64,000 bases of DNA, taken from the NCBI GenBank assembly GCA_010909165.1, contig VJWM01000025.1, forward strand, positions 3,038,001 to 3,102,000, read 5' to 3'. The translations under genes were made by a program, and so were the position numbers. Positions within the stretch are counted from its first letter, which is position 1; every line of letters starts with the position of its first letter. Below the pieces are notes generated by a model. It was not told the origin of the DNA, searched no databases, and saw nothing but the letters and a program-made list of their open reading frames with translations. The stretch comes from Anthoceros angustus (taxonomy: Eukaryota > Plantae > Anthocerotophyta). Of the stretch, positions 24,401-36,320 are shown in pieces.

Positions 24401-27400
24401 TCCTCTTCATCATCCTCGATATCCGGGCTTCTCCACCTTCTATATCACCTTGTGGTAGAGGTTGCTCATGCTCAGGAACAGGTTGAGCATGCTCAAGAGT
24501 AGGTTGCTCAAGAACCAAGTCTTGTGCTTCTTCACGCTCCTTCAACTCCTTGATGACAACTTGCGTTGCTCCCACTCCTTTGTTAGGTTCCACAACCTCA
24601 TGAAAACAACATCCTCGAAAATGATTTTCTTGGTTGTAGGGTTGTATAATCTATACCCTTTACCTCATCGAATACCCAAGCATGATGCACTGGATGCCTT
24701 TAGGATCCCACTTGGTTCGGTTTTGCTTTGGAACATGAGCATAAACCTCGAACCAAAGATCCTAAAATGACTCACGTTAGGTTTGACACTGACCATGCCT
24801 CCTCCGGGTCATTCCAGTCTGACCTTGGTTGGAACTCTATTCAAAACATGAGTTGTCAGAAACGCCTCTCCCAAAAGCGTACCTCCAACCCACTTTGATG
24901 GAGCATGCACTTGGCCGCCTCCACTAGGCTCCTTAGCTTGCGCTCCGCCACTCCATTTTGCTCCGGTGTGTGAGGAATTGTTAGTTGCCTCCGAATGCCA
25001 TGCTCCTTGCAAAAGCTTTTGAATTGAGAAGAGATGTATTCTCCTCCATTGTCACTCCTAAGTCTTGAGGCATTCTCCACTTTCGTTCTCCACCAAGGCT
25101 TTCCACTCCTTGAATGTCTTGAACACTTGGACTTCTCCTTCAAAAGGTATGTCCAACTCCTCCTTGTGAAGTCATCCACAAACACTAGAATGTAGCGGCT
25201 CCTCTTGGATTCTTGATCTCGCTCCTCTTCATCATCCTCGATATCCGGGCTTCCACCTTCTATATCACCTTGTGGTAGAGGTTGCTCATGCTCGAGAACA
25301 GGTTGAGCATGCTCAAGAGTAGGTTGCTCAAGAACCAAGTCTTGTGCTTCTTCACGCTCCTTCAACTCCTTGATGACAACTTGCGTTGCTCCCACTCCTT
25401 TGTTAGGTTCCACAACCTCATGAAAACAACATCCCTGAAAATGATTTTCTTGGTTGTAGGGTTGTATAATCTATACCCTTTACCTCATCGGAATACCCAA
25501 GCATGATGCCGGATGCCTTTAGGATCCCACTTGGTTCGGTTTTGCTTTGGAACATGAGCATAAACCTCGAACCAAAGATCCTAAAATGACTCACGTTAGG
25601 TTTGACACTGACCATGCCTCCTCGGGGTCATTCCAGTCTGACCTTGGTTGGAACTCTATTCAAAACATGAGTTGTCAGACCTCTCCCAAAACGTACCTCC
25701 AACCCACTTTGATGGAGCATGCACTTGGCCGCCTCCACTAGGCTCCTTAGCTTGCGCTCCGCCACTCCATTTTGCTCCGGTGTGTGAGGAATTGTTAGTT
25801 GCCTCCGAATGCCATGCTCCTTGCAAAAGCTTTTGAATTGAGAAGAGATGTATTCTCCTCCATTGTCACTCCTCAGAGTCTTGAGGCATTCTCCACTTTC
25901 GTTCTCCACCAAGGCTTTCCACTCCTTGAATGTCTTGAACACTTCGGACTTCTCCTTCAAAAGGTATGTCCAACTCCTCCTTGTGAAGTCATCCACAAAC
26001 ACTAGAATGTAGCGGGCTCCTCCATGGGTAGGGTTCTTCATTGGTCCACACACATCGGTGTGTACAAGTTCCAACGCCTTTGCCGCTCGACGCGCTCCAA
26101 TCCTTGGGAACTTGGTTCGGTGAAGCTTTCCCATCATGCACCCTTGGCACAACCGCGGCTCACCAATATCTTTCAAATCCAAGCCGGTCACCATTTGTTG
26201 ATTCTTCATCATCTTGATGTTGTCCACTCCAGTGTGCCCCAAGCGTTGATGCCACAAATCTACTTAAGTGAGCTTGACACAAATGTGCAAGCTTGTTGAT
26301 CACCTACGGAAGCACACAACTTGTAGAGATTGCCTTCCAACACCTCGAGCTATCACCTTGACATTAGGTGATTCGGTTGCTCGGGTTGGATCGACATCCT
26401 CGAGTTGAACACAATCTCATTCCTGGTCGTGATTCTTGCTCGAAAGAAGATTCTTCGCAAGACCAGTGCACATGGTGCACATCCTTGATTGTACCTTTGG
26501 ATGGTCCTCCGAGTTGAACTTTAATCACACCTCTTCCTTTGATCTCGTGTGACCTATTGTCTCCAAGCGCCACTTTATGCCCCGCATTTCTTCATAGCTT
26601 GAGAACCAAGGCCGATTGTAGGTGAAGTGTTGAGATGCTCAGTCGAGGTACAAACTCTCATCCTTCTTTGATGGGAGTCGTACTCTTTCTACGGTTGAGA
26701 CATGAAAGATGTTCTTCCTTCTCACTCACTTGATTGGCTTGTGACTCCTTTCCTTCTTCTTCAAGTCACCAACCTTGTCCTACAATCCTTGGCATAGTGA
26801 TTAGGCTTTTGCAATAATGGCAAGTACCCACACCTTTTCTTCGCACCTTTTCTCCTTGATCCTTCTTGAGTTGGCTTGTGAAGTCTTCCCACGCGTTGTT
26901 CCCTTCTTTGAGAAGAGCACCAAGTCTCCATTCTCTTCTTTCTTGAAGGAATTCTCTAGCTCCTCTTGTAGGAGCAACCCAACCAACTCATCCAACGTTG
27001 GTGGTTTGTCGCTTGGACGCATCGCTACCGTCGTTTGAAGGCCAACACAAATTGCTTGTATGCGGATGGTAAGCTACTTAGCAACACTACAATAACCTTT
27101 CTTTCAAAAGTTTTGACGTCCGTCGCCTTCATTTGATCCACTAAGTTCTTCAACTTGTTCACGAGTTGTTGAATGGTGTCACCCTCGACCATCTTGAAGT
27201 TGGCGAATTGTTGCTCCAATAGCATCTCATTTACCAAGCTGTTCTTCTCATACGTATTGCAGAGGGTCGTCCACGCTGCTTTTGATGTTGCACACTCACT
27301 CAATTGAGAGAGTATGTCATCGGACACATAGAGGAGAATCGTCGCCAACGCTCGTCCATCTTTCTCTGTCCACTTGGTGGGTGTTTCTCGAGGCCATTGT

Positions 27401-27439
27401 CGACAAACTTCCATAGTCCTCGATGAGAAGCATCTTCAA

Positions 27440-27700
27440 CTTCCACAATGTGAAGTTCGTGTCTCCAAACTTCTCCACTAGACGTGTCTCCATGAAGTTC
27501 GTGTTCCAAACTTCTTCACTTCAACTTCCACAATGTGAAGTTCGTGTCTCCAAACTTCTCCACTAGACGTGTCTCCATGAAGTTCGGTTCCAAACTTCTT
27601 CACTTCCACAATGTGAAGTTCGTGTCTCCAAACTTCTCCACTAGACGTGTCTCCATGAAGTTCGTGTCTCCAAACTTCTCCACTAGACGTGTCTCCATGC
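27440..27700. repeat. Tandem amplification (4 copies of a 42-nt unit plus spacers) of the first gag codons
   Basis: ttcgtgtctccaaacttctccactagacgtgtctccatg repeated four times. Confidence 0.9.
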
Positions 27701-27927
27701 TTGTCGACGCCATGCTTAGTTTCCCTACAATTGATCTTGAAGACCAAAGCACCTCACTCACATGCACTACAAGGATTAAGGATTATTGCACACAAGTTCT
27801 CACAAGCACAAGGCTAAGAACTATACAATATGACTTGATTCAAGCATCTAGATTGCACACAAGTTCTCACAAGCACAAGGCTAAGAATTATGCAATAGGA
27901 CTTAAATCAAGCATCCACATAATAGAG

Positions 27928-29437
27928 CAACAACAACTTTATTTATGTCCACTAAGGATGGGAGAACCATCATGGGACGAGAGATAATCTGGTAAAGAGG
28001 TTTAAAACCGAGTACACTTACGCACGTCGAACTAGAGAAGCAGACTGTATGAGGGAAGCGAGAAAGAAGGCAAAGACTACAAGGAGTCCAACAAGGATGC
28101 CAAGATCAAGAAGCTCGAGAGACATAGTCCGAGCCTAGGAATGTGGAAAGAGAAAAATCAAGCAATGGAGCACATTCAAAAGAAGAAATGTGAGGCCGAA
28201 TATCGGCATAGGCGGGACAATAAAGAGGAAGTGTGATTGATTCGGGATCCAAGGAGCAAAGCTTGCGGATCCTATCGTCTTGGGAGGGGTAGGCTTGAGC
28301 CAGCAGTCGGTCTCAATCCGGAGGTGGTGGGAGCTAACACGAAATTGACCTATGAGTGTGCGGAGTTTGAAGGAAAGGGGAGGCGAGGTAGCGGGGTAGG
28401 AAATTTACGGAGGAGGATTAACTCGGAGCTCGTCTTTGTAAGCGGAGTCTAGAAGTGAGAGGGGAAAAGGAAGAGGGGACGGTGAGGCGAAGGTATCTTA
28501 ATTTAAGGGCCTGAATGGAGTGGTTGGGGGATGTGAGAAAGGGGAGTTGGGAGGAGGGAGAGGCCAAGCGAGGAGTCGAAAAGGTTCAAACTCGAATCTT
28601 CTAAGCCGGTTGGCTTGAGAAAGCCAAAGAAAGAAGCTTGTGGGTCGATGTTGAGCAGGCGGCGGAGGACCTAAAGGCAAGGAGGAGGTAAGGGGATCCA
28701 AAATGGGATTAGCAATATCAAGGAGGTGGAGGCGGTAAAGAAAGGATGAGAGGCGAAAAAGGCCATCAAGTTCGAGGGAAAAGGCTGCAAATTCGTAAAG
28801 GAGGATGGGTAATGGAGTTGAACGCTTACAAGCAATGTGAGCGGAGAAAGGAAGATTGAACCCTTTCCACCTTCGCCCAAGAAGAAGGAAAGATCCGGCC
28901 CCAAATTTCAGCGCCATACAAGGCGGAGGGAATTACCATAGTGTTGAGCAGTGCTTAGAAGATTGATATCCTCAAGATTCATCCTCAGATAAAAGAACGG
29001 CGCAAAGCACGCATGAGCCCATCCCTTGGTAGCGGAGGAGGCGAGGAGGTCCGATTAAATTTAGGACCGAAAATAGTGATACCAGATAAGTATAGGATCG
29101 AACCATCTCCACCTCGACCATCATAATAAAATTTGCAATCACCCTTGTAATCCCGAGTGTTGAACCGCATAATCTTGGTCTTGCGCAGATTGACAAAGAG
29201 ACCCTTGGTTTTACAAAAAAGGGATAAAACATCTAGTTGCTTTTGCAGGCCCTCCGGGGAATGAGATAAAAGAACAATATCATCCGCATATAGGAGGATA
29301 GGAATACTTTCCAGAAATAGCCGAGCACCAGGGTCGCCAGATCGAAGAAGCCATTCCTCAAGCTCATCAATATACAACCCAGACAAAGGGTCGCCCTCGC
29401 GAACGCCAAGTTGGATAGGGATCTGGTGGGAAGACAA
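27928..29437 (-). mobile_element. 5'-truncated, frameshifted non-LTR retrotransposon (RTE/RTEX-like LINE) nested in the copia leader
   Basis: RT motifs GVREGDPLS, LLYADDIVLL and GLFVNLRKTK; C-terminal QFRVSSHHLRIET...C...HFLF.CP-type knuckle spread across frames; 3' end AATAAA followed by a (GTT)n tail. Confidence 0.82.
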
Positions 29438-29479
29438 TCCACGGGGAGTCTTGATTCGAGCAAAGACCCTTCGAGCAAC

Positions 29480-29538
29480 GAGAACTCTACAAGAAGAAGA
29501 AGAAGAATTTTATTTAAGTCCACTAAGGACGGATTTCC
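29480..29538 (-). mobile_element. Second, very short LINE/SINE-like 3' end related to the element above, with a (TTC)n tail
   Basis: Shares tttattta.gtccactaagga.gg.....c.tcatgggac with 27938-27978; tail is (aag)n on the plus strand. Confidence 0.6.
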
Positions 29539-29688
29539 GTCATGGGACTTGGTACTTAACAACTTGTACCATGGTATGCACCCCATCTAAGTACCGATCC
29601 AAGCGCAGGATGCTTAATAATCACGTTTGTGTCCATTTGGCCTAAGCCATTTGGACACACAAGGCTCTCCAACATGGTTTGGATACCA

Positions 29689-29959
29689 TATTAGGAAAAG
29701 AGTTGAGCCTTTATAGAGAGGGAACACAATACTCCCATACAATATGGGTTATATGCACTAGGCACACTAGATACTAGCACACAAGTACACAAGAACACTT
29801 GCACACACCACACGCCACAAGTAGGTGGGCTTGGCCTTATATAGTCCTAGCCTTGGATCCTATTGGTCACTGGACCTTGAATCCTTTAGTCACTTGACTT
29901 GCCCTTTACTTTTGGACTTTCTACAAGATACTCTCTAGAAGATGCATCACTTTCAAGCA
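29689..29959 (-). repeat. Putative 5' LTR (~271 bp) of the copia element with adjacent degenerate tRNA-iMet PBS (29676-29688)
   Basis: On the minus strand it starts TG (29959), contains CTATATAA, and ends CCTAATA directly followed by TGGTATC; no partner LTR in the window to confirm. Confidence 0.6.
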
Positions 29960-30150
29960 GGGTGTCATTTTGACCGAGTACTATCTCAGCCCCCGGACCG
30001 CCTAGCCTGGCTACGCTCGGTCCCGGACCGAAGAGGGACAGTGCCTTTTTGCGACCCTTGGGCACTAAATATAAGAAATATTAAATAAATAATTTATAAA
30101 TAGTAATATAAAAGACTGCAGACTGCGGAGTCCGTAGACTGCAAGTCCGT

Positions 30151-30219
30151 AGAGTGCCCTAAAAATAACAAACTTAAAAGTACTTGAAACTTTCAAGTTT
30201 GTTATTTTTAGGGCACTCT
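30151..30219. repeat. Perfect 25-bp inverted repeat with a 19-bp spacer (MITE/foldback remnant?)
   Basis: agagtgccctaaaaataacaaactt (30151-30175) and aagtttgttatttttagggcactct (30195-30219). Confidence 0.85.
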
Positions 30220-30319
30220 TCATTACATGCTTTTAGGACACTCTTCATATTTTATAATATGTTGTAATAAATCACTTGTAACAGCAGGTTTGCATGTGGG
30301 AAGATAGCTCCATGCGCAG

Positions 30320-30990
30320 ATCCAAGAACAAGGGCTTCATCACTACTGCATCACTCCACATTGGAGCATCACATATGCATGGTGGATCTCCAGGGCCGTA
30401 CCGGGCGACTAGTTGAGGCTCTTGCTTTGGTCAGGAGAATGGCTGTGCTGCCCACTGCTGCAGTTTGGCACACTCTGTTGGGTGCTTGTTGGAAGTGGAG
30501 CAACGTGGAGGTGGGATGTCATGCTTTCGACCAAGCAGTGAAGCTAGACGAGAAAGACGCTTCAGCGTATGTTTTGATGTGACACATATACACCAGTGCC
30601 GAGATGTGGGAGCAGGCACACAATATGCAGGCGAGGAGGGTGAGGACCAGAGCATGGAAGCAGCCGGGTCAGAGCTTGTGGGCAGACATGGACAAGCAAG
30701 TGCATACTTTTTCAGTTGAGGATGAGAAGCGGCCTCAGAGTAAGCCAGCATTGCCTCTGAGTAAGACAATGCTGGCATAGGCATTTCCGAGAATGGAGAA
30801 AAAAGGATATGTGCCACATCTGGCCACTTCACAGGCAGACATATGTGACGGTACAACGGAAGATCATCTCCGTGGGCATGTCGTGTACCCGGCCGGGTAT
30901 ATTATAAACCCTCAACAACACAAGGAACGCAGGATCATTGTGAAGAACCTTTCGGTTGGTGTACCAACAATCCTTTCCTCTGCCCGCGGG
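30320..30990 (+). pseudogene. 5'-truncated PLS-PPR pseudogene (S2-E1-E2-DYW, WW-like subtype)
   Basis: LEHHICMVDLQGRTGRLVEA, AVWHTLLGACWKWSNVEVG, DASAYVLM then a stop; KQPGQSLW..KQVHTF; MEKKGYVPHL...EDHLRGH; IIVKNL; stops, frameshifts and loss of the HxE/CxxC motifs. Confidence 0.8.
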
Positions 30991-33103
30991 GTTCGCTTTG
31001 GAGCAAACGAGCGTGGTGTTGAGGGACCTCAATCTCTCAACAGGATTTGTTGCAAAGCAGCAACCAGATTTGCTGAGAGATAACGAAACCCACAACTGTT
31101 GTCCAATGTTAAGGGTGTGAGTTCCATAGGAGGAGGAAACCGAGAGGCTCAAAATTTTGATAAAAATGGCTCACGAAACTATTGAGATGTTAAAAATTCC
31201 ACGAGGTGGAAGCCAAACCTAGAGCGTGAGGCTCCGGAGGGATGTTCGAAATTCGAAAGGAGCCAAATTTGAAGAGTGAGGTCTTGAATCTCGGGAACTT
31301 CGTGTATGATTTGAACGGCCAACTAACGGCGATCATTGCATGTTAGCTTGGCCATGAATAATATGCAGTAAGCTCCACAGATCATGCACCAGATTCCGGC
31401 GATCCAAATTCTCACTCTCTCTTTGAACAGGCTCCACATCTCCGTCAGCAAAAAATTAGAGTGTATTACGATTCGACATCATGAGAATCAGACGTAAGAG
31501 TCATCACCCGAAAATGTGGAGGCCTAAAGGCAAATTTAGGGTTCTAGATTAGGGCTAATGCCAAAGCCCTGATCTAGAACCCTAAACCTACGACGCCGAA
31601 AATTCACCACAGCCAACAACCTAGACTGACTTAGGTCAAATTGCCTCAGCGTGTGTAACATGGATGCTCCCGAGCCTGAAAGGCTTCACAGAAATCCGCT
31701 TTTTCATCATCCTCGGCATCCACTCCTACTCATTCACAACTCTCTCTCCCACACACAGGCCGGACGAGCGACACGAGGACGCGATCAAGCCCTCAGACAC
31801 CAAAGACTGCATAGCATGCATAACCTTTGCAGCAGACAACCTGACAGGCAGCAGACGATACAGGGAGCTTGGCCTCAGGTCCGGACGAAAGTCCTCCGGA
31901 GAGAAGAGAAACCTCAGGCGACCACTGCCAATGCTAAGCAACACAAGCCTGAACATGCAACAGACACGACAAACCCGACCAAGATGAATGGAAGGCTCAG
32001 TTGCTGAGCGGGAGCAAACGCACCGCCACGGTACACGACTCTCGGCCATTACGCCTTCTCAACACTGGTTTGCCCAGGGCCCCAGACCGCAGATGTGATC
32101 GGACTTTATTTAGGGTTTCACATTGGAAACCCCTAAATAGCCTTGTGAAGGCTTTTATCTAGAGATTGGATTTTACTTCCCGTAATCCCCCTGCCCAAGC
32201 TGTGACATAAATGCCAGGTTGGTGCTTCTTCCTCACGTTGATGCAAGTGGAAGCTGTTCTATCATGGGGACGCTCCTTGTCACGTCCTATCAGCGTGTAT
32301 AGTTGTCTCCCCACTGTCTTCTATTAAAAGTCCGTGTTGTCAGTTCGTATCATCACTAGTGACACTAGGTTATGTATTACAAGTCCTTGTTGTCAGGCCT
32401 TGATAAATTTCAGTGATCTTTGAGTGAAAAGCAGTCTATGCTTTGCCATAAAGTGAGAACAACATCTCACTGGACTCAGTCCGAAGAACGTTTCTTCGGG
32501 ACCCGGCCAGACCGCCCGAATATGGCGCTTCCACTCTCGGCGCCGCTCCATGCGAACGGCCCCTCGAGAACGCTGTTTGCCGGATTGATAAATACGATTT
32601 CGATCTCTAGTCTAGTGCAGATCGCGACACTTAGAGAAATTCTGTCCGAAGATCAGTTTCGGCACTCGGGCGAGGATTGCCTTTATTGCAAGCGCCTATC
32701 ATTTCGCGCATCACTGAAGTGTGAGCGCTAACCGCGCTGCGGGCGGGGACTTGCGGGACATGCAACTCAGGCGACTGCAGAACCCCTAATAAAGCTGCTG
32801 CAATGGCGCTCCTGCGATGCCTCTACAGCACATTCACGTCGCCTGTCACATTTCCATCCTATACAACCTGCTGTATCCTTCCAGTGGTGGGAGAAAGTTC
32901 CGGTGCGAAGTACACGGTGCGTGCCCGGCAGTCTCAGATCGTGCGCAGTACTGCACGGTGTCGGACTCCTTCCAATTACATAACCAGCACACTCCAAGGA
33001 AGACTCGCCATGCAAACCTGTAACCTACCACAATCATGCAAACTCGCCGGAAACGCGGGATGACCTCAGCTGATCACAGCAAAAGGGGATGACGCCGCTC
33101 TAG

Positions 33104-35622
33104 TCATATTTCGCCACCAATGGCTGTTGAGGGCATTCGACCTTCAAGCAGCGAGGACAAGTTGCTGTGAAGGAACCCCGGGGGTAACCTGGATAAGCTG
33201 GCTACTAGAGCACCCTCTCTGCTAGTCCAGGCTGGCCGTGCCTCCTTGTGCACGATAGTCGTGCGGACTTCTACACCCTCTCCCAGCTCTGCCGCTGCCT
33301 TGGTGGGGGGAAATCTCAAGAGCTCAGTAGCAGTGTATGTGATGTCTGTCGGTCTTACTTCTCTCACAGACCGAGCTGACGCCTTTAAAAATTCAGCACA
33401 TGAGCTCGCAGTCTTCACCGCATCTTCCGTGGAAGCGTATGGCTTCCCATCCTCGGCTTGAATTTGTTCGCCGTGCGTGACATTTATCACGTTTATTCGG
33501 GAAACAGATGTTTCTTCAGACTGCACCCCTGACCTGCGACAACGACTCTGCCTTGAACCGTCCGCACCAGCTGCACTTTCGTCACCCGATTGCCCGATAT
33601 CCTCGGCTGCCAGAACCTCTCTCAAATCCAGCGCTGCCACCTCCTCTTCCAAGAGCTCATCATCCCGCCTCACGTCACTATTCACTGCCAAAAAAACCTG
33701 TTGTTCTTCCCCTACATCGCCACCCTCGGCTTGTTCTACAACGACCAAGTGGTCATCCTGCCGCACCGTACACTCAGCTGACTCGTGGCTGGACTTGGAC
33801 TTGAGTAGCATGTCGTCAGAGACGCTTTGCACCTGAGGGAGAAAGTTGGAGGAGTCAGGACTTTTGGCCAGGAGGGGTCAGGACTCCACGGGGAACCCAA
33901 GCTGAGTAAAAAAAGGAAAAAACAGTCACACCTTGGCCATTGTCATGTCTGCACCCAGCTTAGTCAGAATCTCAACTAGAGTAGCAAAGTTCTCTTCGGT
34001 GGGTCGATAATGCCCACTGTGCGCTTCCATCAGCTTTGCAGCCAAACACACAAACAACAGTGGGTCAGGTCATCACCAGGCCAAGATTGACAATACAAGC
34101 TAAGGTCCTCCGACAGTCTAGCCTATGAGTCTCACTCTTACCTCAAGGGTACCATCGTTCACAAGCAAACGGCCTGCAGCCAGAGCAGCACCTCCTGCAA
34201 GAAAGCTCGAATGCTGGAACCTGCCCTTCTCCTTCTGCAATAGCCACAACGATTTTACAGCTCCCGATCAACTGCGTTTCTACACACACACTCTCTGCAT
34301 ATCATACTGGCAGGGAAGCAATGAAACATGACGGCCTGAAGTGAGAAAGTACCTGCGCAATATACAGTTTTCCTGATGCACTCATCACGAAGATATACTT
34401 GTCTCCCTTTGGAGTATTCACCGGCTCTCCACTAGCCTTGTAGTACAATTTTCCATCCTCAACAACCACTTCATAATGCTTTCTTTCTTTCTGCAAGAAC
34501 TCCAACCCTCCCATCACTTAAGCCTATGGGCCTTTACCGATGCTCCTAAAGATGCCATTGTGGAGGCTCATGGAAACTTACAGGGCTCAGATACTTGATC
34601 TGCTCCTTATTTAGAAGAGACCTCGGACAGTTCTCTAAATCCAGGTCCTTGCCGTCTCCAACGTCCAGCCTGAGAAGGAGCATCCCCAAGGCACATTCGA
34701 TTGAGAAAAGAGACACGAGCCACATACATAAGCGCCAGGAATAGGACAGAGCCGGATCAAATGCTTTGCCCTGCCACCCTACCAGTAGAAAAAAGGCTCC
34801 TTTGTCGGGCTGTCTATCCAGACTTTATAGTAGGGGTGCAGGTTATGGCCATATCGATGCCTCGCATCTATCTGCACGCAAGTCAGTCCACGGTCGTCAG
34901 CACACACTACAGCAGAGAGGTGCCGCTATACGTGAGTGAAGAGTAGCGGCAACGAAACTTACAGCTTCCAGCCAATGCTGTATGGCCAGCTTCCGAGCTC
35001 TGTCGTCTTTAGCCAGACCGCGTCCCACCTGAAATAGGAGGCAAACAAGGTGAATTGTTTTTCCGCAGCGCTGAAAAATTGCGCATGCGGGAAGCTGAAG
35101 CGAAAACACACCTTGGCGGCCTTCTTCTTGATCCTGGCCCAGCGGGTGCGCGCAGTCTCGGGCTTATTGTAAGCATAGAATTGCTCCGTGGTGTGTTGAA
35201 GCACAGCTGCTTCCACAACATTCCACCTGCTCTACACAGACACAAGATCCGTGTTAATTTTCACACCAGCCTCCGGCACGCACGCAACGCAGCCAGGACA
35301 CGGGCGGAACAAAGGGACAACAACACACCAGGCATACTTCCGGGCCATGACAGCGATGTCCGCCAGCTGCCTTCTCAACCGGTAGCCGCGGTACAGTCTC
35401 TGCACTTGCACGGCAGCAGCAGCGGCCGCGGTCTCGATCAGGCGGTCAGTCACCACCAAGCTCTCAGCGTCCGCCGCCGAAGTCCAGATTTGCGCTGCGG
35501 GCTCAGGCCGGCGAGCTGGCGAGAGCGGAGCGTTCACATCGATTGGATGCGGCGCAACAGCAGCAGCAGGCGCGGCCTCCGGCGCATTGGTCTCCTCTTC
35601 CCCGCCGCGAGAGCTGTCCATG
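33104..35622 (-). CDS. IQM: IQ-motif-containing calmodulin-binding protein (IQM family), multi-exon; start (MDSSRGGEE) inferred
   Basis: [45 protein letters not shown]...[29 protein letters not shown] and [13 protein letters not shown]. Confidence 0.92.
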
Positions 35623-36139
35623 AGCAGCAGCAGCGCAAGAGCAGTCCCTGTCCCCGGACCTGCGGACCATCCGGAGCACCACAATTGCATCAGCTGGCAA
35701 GCACGAGAGCACAGAATTGGCAGCAAGCGGCAGCCTCTCACGGCCGAGCAGAGCACCGCACAGCATCGCCGCCTCACCTCTCCTCCATCCTCGCCGCTGC
35801 TCCGGGCTCCACCTCGAGCTGCGGCTGGCCGGCAGCGATCCAGGCAGGGAGCAGCAAGAGGAGCGGCTTCATCCAGCGACAAGCAGACAGTCACCAACCT
35901 TGATGACGGAGTTGCAAGAGAGCCGGCCCTGCCCGGATTTCGAGCCTGCGCGGACCGGGATGGCCCGCCGGCGTGCCAGCAGCAGGAGCAGGAGCAGGAG
36001 GCCAGGCGCAGAGGCGCGGGAGGGAGCAAAAACCTCGTGCTAGGCCTGCTGCGTCCGTCCGACTGGAGGCGGCAGCATCCAAGGCGGCAGGTGCGAATTC
36101 TTTCTTCGTCTTCCCTTCTGTCTTTCCGGTTGCCGTTGC

Positions 36140-36320
36140 AGCACCAGCAGCGGCAGAGGCAGAGGCAGAGGCAGCGACAGCTGCAGCAGCAGACTAGACT
36201 GATGAACAGGCGCAGGAGCAGAGATCGAGAGCGCGCAGCGAGGCAGCAGATCTCCGCACAGCACAGCACAGCACAGCGCAGCAGAAACAGACCAGACCAG
36301 ACCAGAGCAGAGCAGAGCAG
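36140..36320. repeat. Low-complexity CAG/GCAGA microsatellite tract upstream of IQM
   Basis: cagcagcggcagaggcagaggcagaggcag and gcacagcacagcacag, agaccagaccag, agcagagcagag arrays. Confidence 0.7.

Larger units (their letters stand above)
22394..29959 (-). mobile_element. Ty1/copia LTR retrotransposon, non-functional: 5' LTR, PBS, gag, protease, GAG-pre-integrase, integrase and RT; 3' truncated, internally duplicated and interrupted by LINE insertions
   Basis: gag (LVEKFGDTNFTLWK; VVLLSSLPSAYKQF), WHQRLGH, integrase (LELVHTDVCGP, LRSDNGGEY, PEQNGVAERK), RT (CIGSKWVFKIK, YKARLVGKG, LKQSALAWY, VYVDDLIL) in copia order; many frameshifts; no RNase H or 3' LTR seen. Confidence 0.93.

Noticed and set aside
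27440-27700. CRISPR-like look of regularly spaced repeats
   Set aside because: No unique spacers; the units are copia gag codons in a eukaryotic context.
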